Source: Lama glama
Taxonomy: Eukaryota
NCBI GenBank assembly: GCA_028534125.1
Contig: CM052817.1
Span: forward strand, 11,348,001-11,412,000
DNA: 64,000 nucleotides
Reading direction: 5' to 3'
In this document: positions 26,200-39,429 of the stretch, in pieces
Numbering within the stretch: the stretch's first letter is position 1
How the letters are laid out: each line of letters begins with the position of its first letter
The notes under the pieces: model-generated
What the model was told of the DNA's origin: nothing
The model's input: the letters and a program-made list of their open reading frames with translations, nothing else
Databases searched by the model: none
Translations under genes and position numbers: made by a program

Positions 26200-29100
26200 C
26201 AAAGAAAAACCTAATATATGAGTAAATAATAGTTGAATACATACAAGCCTCCAATCTAGAATTTATTTTCAGTTGATTATAATAAAGTTTCTAAAATTGT
26301 ATGTGTTCACAGTTCCCCTGTTTTTAAATGCTAAAAAATGTTCTAATCTTCTAACCTTTTCCTGTTTGATTTGTAAACAAAAACAGCCTGCCTATTTTTG
26401 TATTTTACTATCCATTTTGCCCATTCCAAGTTTTGTTGTTGAAATAGCTCTCATTGGAGGAAGTCAATTCTAACATTAATATTAATAAAACTGCTTCCTA
26501 GAGTGAATCAAAGAAGCCAGTGTAGTCGCTTTTTTCTTTGCTTTTTCTTTTTTTCTTTTACTGAATGAGTAAATCAATCACACACCAACAGTGTTGTAAA
26601 TTTAAGTGCAAAAGCATTGAAGTGCTTTACTACAAATTACAACCTAGAAACACGTTAACTGAACAATTAAAATTCATACAATCAGATTTAGATATATAAC
26701 AACACAAAATAGAAACAGAATTACAGTACATTTACAACACAAGACAGATACATGAATTCATTAGAAAATATTGTAATAAATAATTCATGAATTATAGTGC
26801 AATTGATTTATGCATAAATATAACTAATTGCCTAACAATCAGTTTATATTAACAAAATCTGTCAAAATCAAGGCAGCCACAGAGTTTTACTAAATTACTG
26901 CGACAATGGAAATACTGCAATTAAAAAACAAATACAAGTATTTGTACTGTAAACAACTAAAAAAATCAGTCTCACTAAAGTTAGTATACAATTTAATATA
27001 AAATTGTCATTAGCTACCAGAAATGGTTTAAACAACTTTACTGAGCAGTAGTTTTCTAAAAACAGAGGCACTGTTTTTTCTTTTCCTTCTTTTTTTTTTT
27101 AAATATAAAATACTTGAGGAACATTCAAATAAGTAGAAAGCACATAAGGGTTGCTTTCATCTTCATTAAAAGTCTGCTGAAACTGGATTTTTCAGAAAAT
27201 TGTCAATTAATACGTAGTAACTGGTAACTAAATTTATAAAGTACTTTGAAAGTTTAACATAAAGAACATCTTAATAGAATCACTGGGGAGAAGGGGAACC
27301 CATAAATTTCCCTGCCTTTCCTAGTTTGTATAATCAAAAGGTAACTCAATAATTAGAAACATTTTGTTTCTTTTAAAAGTTATGGGTTGATCATTACCTA
27401 TAAACTATCAAAAAATATTTAATTTACTATTTCTGACCAAAAATAAATAATACAAGTACTAAAAGGCTGCAAATTAACTATAATATTACCTATAAAACTA
27501 CTGATCACTGTGAAGTCAATAGCAAAATGATCCCTGATTTTATGAATCCTGTAAAGTTTTTGGTCAGGTCATCTTCTAAATGATATAAAAGTGTTCTGTA
27601 AGTATCCCTTTACTATAAACTTCTCAATCAATTTATTAATGTAAATATAGTGTGAGGAATAAAAAAGCTCAATACAATATAAATATTATGTAATGCATTC
27701 AAGCCCCCAAATTTTTCCAAGTAAAATTCTGTATAAAGAGGTCAATAAAATTGTGTTGAAATGTTTATCTTTAACTTTGTTTTTCAATGGGGTGGGGGGA
27801 AGAGGAAATATATTAAATAATCCAAGTTCTGGCCCTCACAAAATATGGCTTAATTCTTTAAAAAGAAAGATGACCCTGACATCTGCTGTTTTGCAATCTA
27901 TTATGTATACTTTCTTGGGGACAAAAACAAAAGAGCAAGAGGATTCATACCCTAGTATGCAGGTAACATTAATAGCTGAAGAGGGTTCAGTATAGATCAG
28001 AGAGACCAAATATAACTACTTGCTTGTGTAGTTCCCCACTCTTCAGTTTCTTTAAACATATGTAAGCAGTTTTTAAATGTGATAAGCTGAAAATCTCTTT
28101 AGTACTACAGGTATATGTGATTATTAGATACACACAAACACAAGTGTAAAAACACATGTATTTGACAAGGTGCACTTATTTTTTTAAATTCAGCTTTAAG
28201 TATTCCTTTTGGACTTTGGAAAACTGGCTTGGAAAAACTGATCAGAACCTGAATTTTAACAGAGAAAAGGGGCACTCGGAGAATTTTGAATTTCTGAAGC
28301 AAACCCCCATTCTTTATATGGAGGCACACGCTTTATAACATTTTACCACTAAAACTGCATACTCCATAAATCCAACATGGATACTCTGAACCACATTTTA
28401 AAACTGCTATATAAAATTACTGGTCTCTTTTATGAGTCTAGTAAAAGTTAAAATGCACTGCCCAGCTTCTAACTACCCAATTAGTAGAGAGTTTACATTA
28501 CCAAAAGTTCAAAACAGCTTCAGTGTTAAATATCTGTAAATCTATTCAAGACCCTGAACAAACTGCAAATTTGGTTATTAGCAAAATGATAATGTATCGC
28601 CCACCAAAATGAAATCTGTAATTCATTTTGATAAACTGAAAATGTTTTGAAATGTCACAGCAGCAAATATATTAAAGTTACACTGAGGTTTTTCAATAGT
28701 AGGAGTGTGTCACAATCCTTAAAATTTAAAGTAGTCATAACATCAACTAACCAGCACATTTAAACCAAAATTATCATTCTCAAGCTTTTTCTGTGCACAT
28801 TATAAACATGCTCTAAGTTGCATTCCAACTTTCTTTTCTAACCTTACACATTAGCTTATTTTTCAAATGAAAAACAAAATTAAATTATTTTAATAATTAA
28901 ATTTAAATTACTTTTTGTTCTTAGTATTCCATCTTATATTAAAGGATTCTATAGCTGCTGGGGTTAACTATGTGTCAGTATTTTTTTTTAAAGTATATAC
29001 CTTATAAACCCCAACTTCCTGCTAAATCAACTATTAAATGATAAATATTAAATTTCATTATACATATCATTTAAGGTTTTCTTTTCTATTCCTGGTGGAT

Positions 29101-29669
29101 GCACTTGAGTGCATTTCATATTTCATAGAATGCACTGTAGTGTACTAATACTGTATATGTTAATTTTTATTAGTGTGGAGATAACTATTTTAAATTTTGA
29201 CCGGTTGTTTGATATACTTACAATAACTGTAAGTATGTTATGCAAGAATGCTTACAAGCTATTAATATCATATTTCCATTATAAGATGGTTTCAACTGAA
29301 TGGCTGGAGTGGTCTTTCACTAATAAAATTGTTTCACTTGACAATTATTTGTTTTCCCACAACGCTTTATGCTATTGACTACTAAAGAAAACCTGAATCC
29401 TTTTCACCTATTTATACAAGGATTAAATACAAACTATCAGAATTAAGTAAGCAACTATATAATTCTGTCCACAGTGAAAACCCTGAATAAAACTTTTTTC
29501 AAAAGGCATGTAAGTGGTTTTTGAACTGTAAAATTTCATGTCTCCTGTCAGAGTGAGCATCTGTAATTCCCACATGTGTGTATACAGACACACAAATACA
29601 CACCTGTGCACATACACACACACGCAAACACACATACACACACACACACACATTTTCCTAACAAGTAAT
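26200..29669 (-). other. LCORL: Probable long 3' UTR of the LCORL HTH isoform (3' end uncertain)
   Basis: AT-rich and free of recognisable interspersed repeats downstream of the stop. Candidate minus-strand AATAAA signals at 27632-27637 and 26262-26267. Confidence 0.55.
29584..29652. repeat. Imperfect (CA)n / (UG)n repeat just downstream of the LCORL stop
   Basis: acagacacacaaatacacac...cacacacacacacaca. Confidence 0.9.
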
Positions 29670-30702
29670 CTACACAGGCTTGCTGCTGTTTTTGCAGCTG
29701 CCAGTCCCTGAATCTGTCATATTATATAACCCAGTGTCTGGTAATCGGAGTTTCTTCTTCGGAGGAGTCTTCAGTGTTCCAGATCTTTCTTTTACCTTGT
29801 ATTCTAAAGTGCTGTGAGGTACCCCATAAATTCCTTGTGCTTTGGAAACACTCATTTTTCCACTCATTACCATTGCAATAGCCTCTTCCATTATTTCATG
29901 ATCATACTGCCGGTAACGGCCACGTTTTTTCCTGGGCTGCTTATTATCTTTTCGATCCAATCCATCTTCAGTATTTTCAGAGGTTCCATCAACTGTTCCA
30001 TTTTTAGAATTAAGACACAAAGGAGAGAGGTCCCCATGTAGAAAATAAGAGTCAACACTTGAGTGAGTTACGGGCCCAGAACATTCTATTTTGCTCTGTT
30101 TAGGGAGAATATTTTTCAGTTTTTGGAGAGCTGATCCTTCAAGGACTGGAGAGGTTTTGGAAACTTGATACATAACATCCAGCAGACCAGGACCATCAGG
30201 TTGTGGTTTTGAAACAGAACTTACTCGCAGCTGAGGAATTTTTAACTGTACAGTAGGATGTGAAGTTTCATATTGTAGGCTTTCATTTTTTTCTTTAAAT
30301 TGAGTAACCATTTTCTGTAGAGTTAACTGATGGAGGTAACTGGAAGCTGTTGGGAATTTTAATTCTGAGGTTTCAAGTAGATTGAGTTTACTTTTTTCTG
30401 TGCGCTCTGCTTGAGCTCTTGCCCACAAGGCTACTTTTTGCAGCACTGCACAAGTTTCTTTACTGTCTTTATATGAGTAACTATCATTGAAATCTCGAGT
30501 TTTGTTTTTAAAAGATGCAGGCTTCCCTGCTGGTAAGGCTTCTAAGTGGAGAAGTAAAGTTTTTTGAGGTATGCCATAAAGTATGCCTGCTTTATTTATG
30601 TCCAGTGCTCCAGACTGAATGTCTTTCAAAGCTTTTGAGAGCAAACCATCTGCAAACTCAGCACTTCTTTCCACATAGTCCTCTCTGTTTCTGTGTAGTC
30701 TC
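29670..30702 (-). CDS. LCORL: LCORL proximal last exon (pipsqueak-type HTH isoform)
   Basis: Acceptor ccatccag|G, in phase with the donor at 32039. Encodes [13 protein letters not shown]...[52 protein letters not shown]...PPKKKLR...SKPV*, the HTH_psq signature of LCOR/LCORL. Confidence 0.97.
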
Positions 30703-32038
30703 CTGGATGGATGGAATGAAACGATGGTAAACTGATGCATGAGAGACTCTCACACAGCTATGGAAGGGGAGGGTCCACTCCTTTATTATACTCCTTGCTT
30801 AGGTAACATCACTGCTTATGACTCTTTTAAGTCTGTGAGATGTAGTAGTTACTCCTTATCAAAGCAAACGCTACAGTCCTGGTAGGACAGTGTGTCAATC
30901 ATACGGTGGCCTCAACGGGCAGACCTTCCAAGAACATAAAATCCTAACTGAGTATTTGTAAAAAATATTCTCATGATGTTGCTATTCCTCTGACAGATGC
31001 TTGCAGAGCAACACTTTTAATTTTTTTACAATTAGAGTTCCATTATAAAAAATACCCAAATCCTAAAGGAGTTTTTGTTAGTAGAAACGTGACGTTACCG
31101 CTAAACAAGTAATAAAAGAGTCAACCCCTTTAAAGGAAATTTGTAGCAGCAAGAATATTTCCAAACACAAACATCCCATATTTCCACAAGACTAATTTTT
31201 TTCTAGATAAAAACTTAAAATTTGAAACATGTAGATAAGTTATATTTGGGTAAAATAATTTTAGATATTATACACGTTATTTCTACTTTAAATGTTATCA
31301 CTATAATTTTCAAAGTTTCTCAAATAGAAAGCTCATTATACCCTGTGACTCAAAAAAGCTATTACAGCCTTAGTTGAAACAAATTTCACTCTACATCCAA
31401 GATTTAAACGTGACAAAAAAGCTTCCTATGCAGTTTGCTAATGGGAAGATGCAAAAGTTACAAAAAAAAAAATTCCGAAAGTCCAACAGAACAGCATTTC
31501 ACTATTATTTATTTATTTATTTATGTAATTTAACAACAGCTTTAAAGCATCAAAGGACTTTTTGTGGTGATTTCTAGATATATTAAATTGTCTGCCACCA
31601 CACCTAAAACACAATAAAAAAAAATCTGAACACTGTTAAGTTAGTTATAAGAATTAGTAAGTACAGTATTTTTAAAATTGGTTGATTGTTTAAAAAACTA
31701 AATAGTGAAATTACATATTTTCCTTAAAATTGCCTCCTAAATATTAAATTTAAAATTCTCTCACTTGTCCTGCTTCTTAGTTGGTATTCTATGATTAAGT
31801 TGGTAGTTCATTTTAGTAACATGAACTAAAGTTTGGTGATTGTTCTGATAACTTTTCTTTAACAGAAAGAATAAAAAAGAAAGAGAAAAGACAAATGAAA
31901 GGTATGAGAGACACACACTTATGAGTGACGAAAATTCTGGAAGAAAACTATATATGTCAATCTACTCAAAGTAGTATTAAGAGTTCTCTGCATAATTTTA
32001 TATTAATATTAACTTATTATTTCCTAGATATTGCTTAC

Positions 32039-32132
32039 CCAGCCATTGAATTTTCAGAAGAAGGATCACATATGGATGACTCTTCAGATTTTATGCTGGT
32101 TTTCTTTGTAGAGAGATCTAACACTCCATCCC
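32039..32132 (-). CDS. LCORL: LCORL shared 94-nt exon (VLDLS CtBP-type motif)
   Basis: aattatag|GG ... GG|gtaagc. Reads (G)[30 protein letters not shown](G), phase 1 in and phase 2 out. Confidence 0.95.
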
Positions 32133-33069
32133 CTATAATTTTTGCAAGAGAAAAAACTTTATATTTGTGACAAATAGGTAATCCTTACATTTTAACATTT
32201 CATATTTTGATGATCTCCTAATTCATGACCTAAAAATTAACACTTGCACTTGACATGTGGCCATTACCAACTCATCTTACGGTTTTAGTAAAAGGACATG
32301 ACTGGGAAGGCACTACATAGGAAAAAAGAAACAGAGAAAGATCTGGCATTGCCAAGTGATATGAAGAAACAAAGAGACTATGAATATAAAATCTGTTTAA
32401 AATTCAGCCTTGGTCACCTTTCCCACTGTTCTACAGTGAGCCATTTGACTGCTCATTCAATAGAAACAGGACTGTTTTCTATTCAAGGCTGCCCAGATGA
32501 TGCTTTGGGAAAGTAGGAATAATGTATGTCATACAAAACAGAGCATAGAAAATATGATGATGAATAAGAGAACAATAATTAGCATTTACCAAGACTAGCA
32601 ATATGTGGGACATACACTTTAGGTAATCCTTGACTCTATGTTCAACCAATGCATTTTTTGGAACTCACAGTATAACATCTTACTGTTTTTAGTAACTGAA
32701 ATACACAACAGTTGAATCATTGCCTATGTAATATATTGTGGTTACATCTGTGATTGGATGAAGACAAAATAAGACATTTTAAGAAAAACAACCTGTTTGA
32801 AAACAACTGCCTATATATTTATTACTAAAATGAAGTTGTTTTTATTACTATTATAATATTGAATTTACATAAATAAAACTTAAATGACTCATATATTGTT
32901 AATCCAATAAACTTCAAAAAGAACAAAAATATGAATTTAAAACACAGCAACAAATAATGCTGTGAGTATGTCTTTACTGATAGCTAAAAACTGAAAATTT
33001 AAGCTAAAGGAAAGAAATTATAAGAAAATTCATATTGAAAAAATATACTCAAAATTTCAGCTCAGTTTA

Positions 33070-33700
33070 AAAATAATTCAACCATTTGCAAAGAGCACTG
33101 TTTTAGGAATCTGGAGAGCAGCAGTAAAAATGGCATACAAAGTACCTAGTCTCACAGTGCTTAGGATCTAGGCAAACAATTCATACACTACCTCCACCAT
33201 CATCACCAACCATATTTCAGGTTGATGGTAAGTGCTACTTAGGAAAAACAAAGCAGAGTAATGAGGGTAGGGCTAAGGCGGTTGCCATTTTATCGAGCGT
33301 TAACAGTATAAGGCTTCTTTGACTTGAATAGAGTCCTGAAGAAAGCGAGTGTACCAACCAAGCGGGTTATCTGGGAGAAAGCTTCTAGAAGGATCAGTCT
33401 GTGATATGGAATCATATCTGGAGTGTTTAAGGAACAGCAAAGAGGCCAGGGTGACAGGAGTGCAGTAAGCCAGGCTGAGTGAGATGAGATCAGAAATGTT
33501 ACAGGAAGCAGATCGCATAGGGCCTTATGGGCCATGGCAATAAATTTGAATTTTATTTAGAAGGAGACAAGAAACCACTGGAAGACACTAAGCATAAGAC
33601 AGGCACAAGTTTAATTTATGTTTTTAAAGGATCAATCTGCTGTGGGGAGAATGGACTGCAAAGAGCAAAGGGTGGAACAGGGAAACCTGTTGGGGAAGTG
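33070..33700 (-). mobile_element. L2 LINE remnant
   Basis: gagtgtttaaggaacagcaaagaggccagggtgacaggag...gggccttatgggccatggcaataaatttgaattttatt...aaaccactggaag. Confidence 0.75.
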
Positions 33701-33739
33701 CTAGGCTATTTTTCAGCTATGGGCTTTCGCACTTTCAAT

Positions 33740-34060
33740 TAGCTACCTCTGCCTAGAAGACTCCTAATCCTTTCCTTTTATTCCCACACTGATACTAATT
33801 CTCACCAAATCTTACTCATCATTCAGTCATTCAGGACACAAACTGAACTTGGTTGTAAGTATTCTAGGTTCCTATACCTGCAACACTTACCTACGTTACT
33901 TAGCATTTAGCAGGCTATATTCTAGTTGTGTGTATACTCCCTAGGGCTAGCCACCAGACGATAAGCTATGCGAAGGCAGAGACCATGTCTACTTTATTTA
34001 TTGATGTACCCCACTGCCTACAACAGTGCCTGGCACACAATAAGTGTTCAAGAATATTTG
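33740..34060 (+). mobile_element. L2 3'-end remnant
   Basis: gaaggcagagaccatgtct...ccccactgcctacaacagtgcctggcacacaataagtgttcaagaatatttg. Confidence 0.7.
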
Positions 34061-36544
34061 ATAATTAGAATTTCAAAGAATTAGAAGAAATTCAGTTACT
34101 GCTAGAAGTTAGAATGCCTGGATTAAAAGGGTAAAATGGGAGACTGGATAGATAAAGTATATGGTACATTGTTTTGTGTGTATATATTATCAAGGTACTA
34201 ATAATTAACTTGATGAATAAAAACTAAGTACTTACTATGCTAAAAATGCTGCAGAGCAATATAAAATAAATAAAACACAAAGAAAGAGTGACTGAAATTC
34301 TTTTACCATTCATCTATTGGTAGGTACTTAGGTTGTTTTAGTTGTTCACTATTACAAACAATGCTGAAACGAAAATTCTTCTAAATGTTTTCTTTTGTTC
34401 ATGTATAAAAGTTTTTCAAAGATACACACCTAGGAGTTTAAGTGCTGGACAGTAGGGTATACATTTTAAACTTTTGTAGGTATTACCAAAATTTTTTCCA
34501 TACCCTTGACAACACTTGGTGTTGCTGAGATTTTTAATTTTTGCTAACCTGATGAGTAAGAAGACCAAGTTGCAGGGGTAAATTAGCATGCAAGCGTGCA
34601 TTTAGTATACGTTTATGTGAATCCCTAAAGCACACAAAATTATTTTGCATATAGATGTATAAATAGGTATTATCAGTGGTTGCTGCCAAGGATAAACAAA
34701 GGATGTGATAATTCCTTTAGAGAAAACATACCAGAAGCAAATATGATCAAATAATACATTTAGTAGTCCTGGGTGAAGGGAACATGATTATTACACTGCA
34801 TTTTCCTAATAAATACAACTGTTTCCATTTACTGGTTGTTGACTGAGCATTAACACCACAATTTAATTGTTTCTGATTAAACACTAATGTAAAAGATAAA
34901 GAATTAAAGAGAGGCCAGTGTAATCTTTCAACAGGGCAGATAATTGTGCACATGACACTATCAGAGATAACTTTTAAAATGGACTGATGTTTGAAAAACT
35001 GAAACCATGACCAAATTAAGCAATTTCTTGAGTATCAACATTTTATTGGGTTAAAAAATTTTTTTTTGAGAATTTGCATACCAAAACGAAGATTTGAATT
35101 TCCATTATCAATTGTTCTCAGTTCTTTATTTTCCTGCAAATTCCTAATAAAGAATCTATTCAAAGCAGACAAATGCATCCCTCATAATCCAGAATTGTTT
35201 TTCACTCGTCCAAGGACACTATTCTTTCTCATCTCTTATCTGGCCTCTGTCCATTTTTCAAAGTATGCTTTGTGCTATCTTGGCCTGGCTAACTTACATA
35301 CGTCCTTTGGGATCAGCCCCTCAAAGAAGGTTTTCCTAATTTCCTCCTAGCCTTCTTCATACTTCTACAGCACCCTCTTCTTCTATACTTTATTTATGAC
35401 ATGTTATAATTTGCCTAGCTTATTAGGCAATCCAATAGTATTGTGGGAATTAGTAACTATGTTTAGAATCCATACAGATTAGAATCTTTACAATTTATAT
35501 TTAATTAAGTATACTTACTTGGCTGATTCTCTCACAAGACTCACTTATAAAAACAAGGGCATGAGAGGAATAGTATCTCAAAAAAAGACCCATTCACTGA
35601 CTCATCAATGACTTGCTCAATTTTGTCACACCAATGTCAGCATACAGCACTGCACACAGCAGATCCTGACTTGATAAAACAGTCATGAAATCAATGGACT
35701 TTGTTCAGCCAGCCCGAAAATGGAAGCATAGTCAAAAGTTGCTTTCCATATGAGAGAGAAGTTAGCTTTACACAGAGAAATTCCACTTAAGTTAAAGAGG
35801 CTAAGAACAATTTTTAATCACCAATTTCTATATTTGTTAGATTCTAATAATCAGACAGATTTTTCTTCAGAAATGTCAAGACTGATGATCACTAACAACT
35901 TAATTAAATATGAATAATAAGTATATTAAAGATATTTTTATTAAATTCTCACAATATTATTGATCTCCAGGTGCTATACAAGACAAATTCATCAAGCTCA
36001 GTCCGTACTGAGCTAAAAGATTTTTTAAAAACATATTACTCATCATCAATACTAAAGATGTAAATATTGGTAAGATTCAGTACATGAAGGCAAATGAATC
36101 TTAATAAGGAGAAAATCACATACATTTTATGTTTTTTGGACAAGGGGAAAAATATAACAAATTAAATTTCATAAAAATACTAATCAATAGCAATAAAAGT
36201 TTCATCAAAATCACTGCAATTTAATATTTAATACTCTTTGATGCAAACCTACGTTAACAATTTTAATAAATACCTTAATGCTATTTCTACTTTATGTCTC
36301 TGACCACTTCTTATCTAACTCTTTAAATGGGTCTTCTTGTCTTCCTTTTAGCCCCTCAATGTGCTGTTCTAGTCAGCCTTTGGCTCTTCCTGGTTTTCTC
36401 CTACTGTACTCTCTAGGAGATTCCCATGATTTCAAAGTAATCATTTATAGTCAACTGATTTCCAGAAAATAGAACTTACATAAAATCTAAATATATAAAA
36501 CTATACTTTTCTATAGTGTACACAAAGTATGCAAAACACTACTC

Positions 36545-36745
36545 CAAGAGCATTGCATGTCTTGACCCATTCAGTGCTCACACAACCCAGTATACATAAA
36601 TAGGCTTTATTAATTTGCAAATTTTAATGACAAAACTGAGAGTGAAAGAGAGGTTAGTTATCTTGCCCAAGGTCACACAGCTGTAAGTAGTAAAAACACT
36701 ATTCAAACTCAGGCAGTCATATCCCAGAGTATGCATTCAACTACA
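36545..36745 (-). mobile_element. MIR SINE
   Basis: aaactgagagtgaaagagaggttagttatcttgcccaaggtcacacagct...ttcaaactcaggcagtc. Confidence 0.75.
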
Positions 36746-39047
36746 ATTCTAATCTGTGTAATTTTTTAAAAAGACAAGTTACAATGTTGATAATGGTATA
36801 ATAAACTTAGCACCTTTAAACATTACCATGTCAGAAATGGAACACTTTTGGAAATAATCTAGCAATATGCTATCAAAAATCTTTAAAATGTTCACATTCT
36901 TCAAGGCATCTATCTTAAGAAACTAGTATTTAACATGAACATGGTTTTATGCACAAAAATATGCCAAAGGTTTCCATATTACTGATAAGTAGAAATACAT
37001 TTTTAAACACTCTAAATACTTAAAAAACCCAAAATATCAAATATAGAATAATATCTGGAAATAAATGTAACAAATGGAACATAACCTTTAATAAGGATGT
37101 AATTAAAATATGTGTGTGGGCACCAACTCACACACATGTATGTATATATAATGTATATATAATATAAATACACACACACATAATATATATAATCTTGCTC
37201 TCTAATTTTCTGTTTTCCCCATGTTTGCCATAATGAGCATATATCAATGGAAAACCCCCACAAACTTATTAACAAAATAATACCAAAGTATAAAAGCAAT
37301 CCCTTGGGTTTATCAAATTTTTATTTTAAAATTGTTTTTGTCATTTGTTTAACCGCTGAGTTAGTTTCAGAGTCATGGAGGAAACAATCAATGTAATAAT
37401 AGAGTAGCACATCAATTAACATTGGTTTTTCTTTCCCTCATCTGCCTTCCTCTGCATGTCAAACATCTTTTTAAAAGGGAAGGGATATTGCCTTCCTGAC
37501 ATGTTTTATTTAGTGCATACATAGGTGAAATCCTATAGAATTCATCTATCTAATACTTATTAATACTGATAAGAGGCAAAATAAATCAGAGTAAAGTGCT
37601 TATAGTAAATTTAGGATGTGGAAATTGAACTAGGAAACTGAACTAGGAAAATACTACTGGTAAAATTAAACAAGGTTTCAGCACTTCCACCACAAGCCAT
37701 TTTAGAATTTCATTGTAAAAAAAAGAAAGAATTTCACTGTAGTTCTTTCTTTCTTTAGTTATTCCTTTAAGTACTGAACTAAAGCAAAGTTTCAAGAGGC
37801 TTCAAGTCAATACCTTGAAAAATATTTTAAAAAACACATTCTCTTTTTTATCTTACATATTGAACTACTTTATTCTGTAAGTTTAAGTTTTAACCAAACA
37901 TTTAAAATGTGGAATGTATATTTATTACAACTATATATTGGAAAACTTTAGATTTGCTAGCCCTTGTCATGCTCATCCAAAAATGATTTATATGAACTTC
38001 AAAAATTTTTTTACTGAAATATGACATTCATAACAAGAATGAACATAAGTACATAATTTAATGAATTTTCATAAACTGAACATGCTTATGTAAATAGCAC
38101 CTAGGTCACCACCATCAACCTAGAAGCTCCCCCATCATACCTTGGGGTCACTAACTTACCCCCACATCCACTATCTTGACTTCTAACAGCTTTATGCAAG
38201 CTCTTTTATGCAACAATTTCACTTCTAGGAAATTGTCTTCGAGTAAAAATTAAGATTGAGTGCAAAATCTCAGCTAAAGCATGTTTACTTATATATCTGA
38301 AGATATGAATTAAATATAATGTGATCTTTCCATAATACAGAATACTGTTCGGCTAAGTAAATCTATTTAACTATTAAAACGGATCTGCAGAAAAATAGTA
38401 ACATATGGATGTTTAAAAAATATTTAAAAAATACAAACTACAGAGGATTATATATAATGAATGATTTGTGGGAATGAGCTCTGGCAGAAGAGAGCAAGCC
38501 TAAGAGTGTGTATGTGTGTGTGAGTATCTTTTTCCAGGAAGATTCAGAAGGATTGAAAACTTAACCATAACAGTTACCTATCGGTAGGTGAAGAAAAAAT
38601 TTTTAGTTTGTTCATTTGTTTATTTTTAGCTTTTCTACAATGCATAGCTTTACAGTTCATTCATTTGATTAATATCTACTGAATGGTTATAATGTACGCA
38701 CAGTAGGAAGCAGAATAGAAAATGTTCCTGCTCTCAGGGAATTTATCTTCTAGCAGAGCATAAAAACGAAAGACAAATCAATAAAAAAAATAATTTCACA
38801 AGGTGTTAAGACCTATAATGAAAATAAAACACAGTAACAGGACAGAATAACAATGGCCAAGTGGGAAGAGGTTACTATGTTGGAATAAATGATCAGACAA
38901 AACCTCTAAGAAAATGACTTGTTCTTTTTTTAAAAAAGACATTTTACTAAGACAAATTTCAAACACACAAAATATAGAATAACCATTCCTCTATAGCTTT
39001 ATCTTCTGATGATGATGTTTGATTCAATTATCTTACTAGGAGGGTGG

Positions 39048-39084
39048 GACGAGGTGGCCGAGTGGTTAAGGCGATGGACTGCTA
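39048..39084 (+). pseudogene. Tailless retropseudogene: 5' half of tRNA-Ser(GCT)
   Basis: GACGAGGTGGCCGAGTGGTTAAGGCGATGGACTGCTA matches the vertebrate tRNA-Ser(GCT) 5' half and ends in the anticodon loop. 15-bp TSD tatcttactaggagg (39029-39043, 39083-39097). No poly(A). Confidence 0.9.
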
Positions 39085-39317
39085 TCTTACTAGGAGGTAT
39101 GAAATAGTAATTTTAAGTCTATCATGTCTTCCATATTAGATGAAACTCTTCTTCAAGAATCTTCCTTAAATGAAGTCCATCTGGTTGTCTTGAAATACAA
39201 TTTGTAAGAGAAAAGCAAAATAAATACTTAACTCCTTCCTCTAGTTGCTCATTTTCAAAGTAAGGAAATGGTATGTTCCTTCAGTGTGGACTAGTAACTT
39301 CAATGGCTTTTTTTTTT

Positions 39318-39422
39318 AAACTATGGAATGCTTCATGAATTTGCATATCATTCTTGCACAGGGGCCATGCTAGTCTTCTCTGTATTCTAATTTTTCATAT
39401 GTGCTGCTGAAGTATCATACAC
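39318..39422 (-). pseudogene. U6 snRNA processed pseudogene
   Basis: Reverse complement contains cagcagcacatatg...tacagagaagactagcatggcccctgtgcaagaatgatatgcaaattcatgaagcattccatag. A10 tail (T run 39308-39317). CpG sites have decayed. Confidence 0.92.
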
Positions 39423-39429
39423 TAATGGA

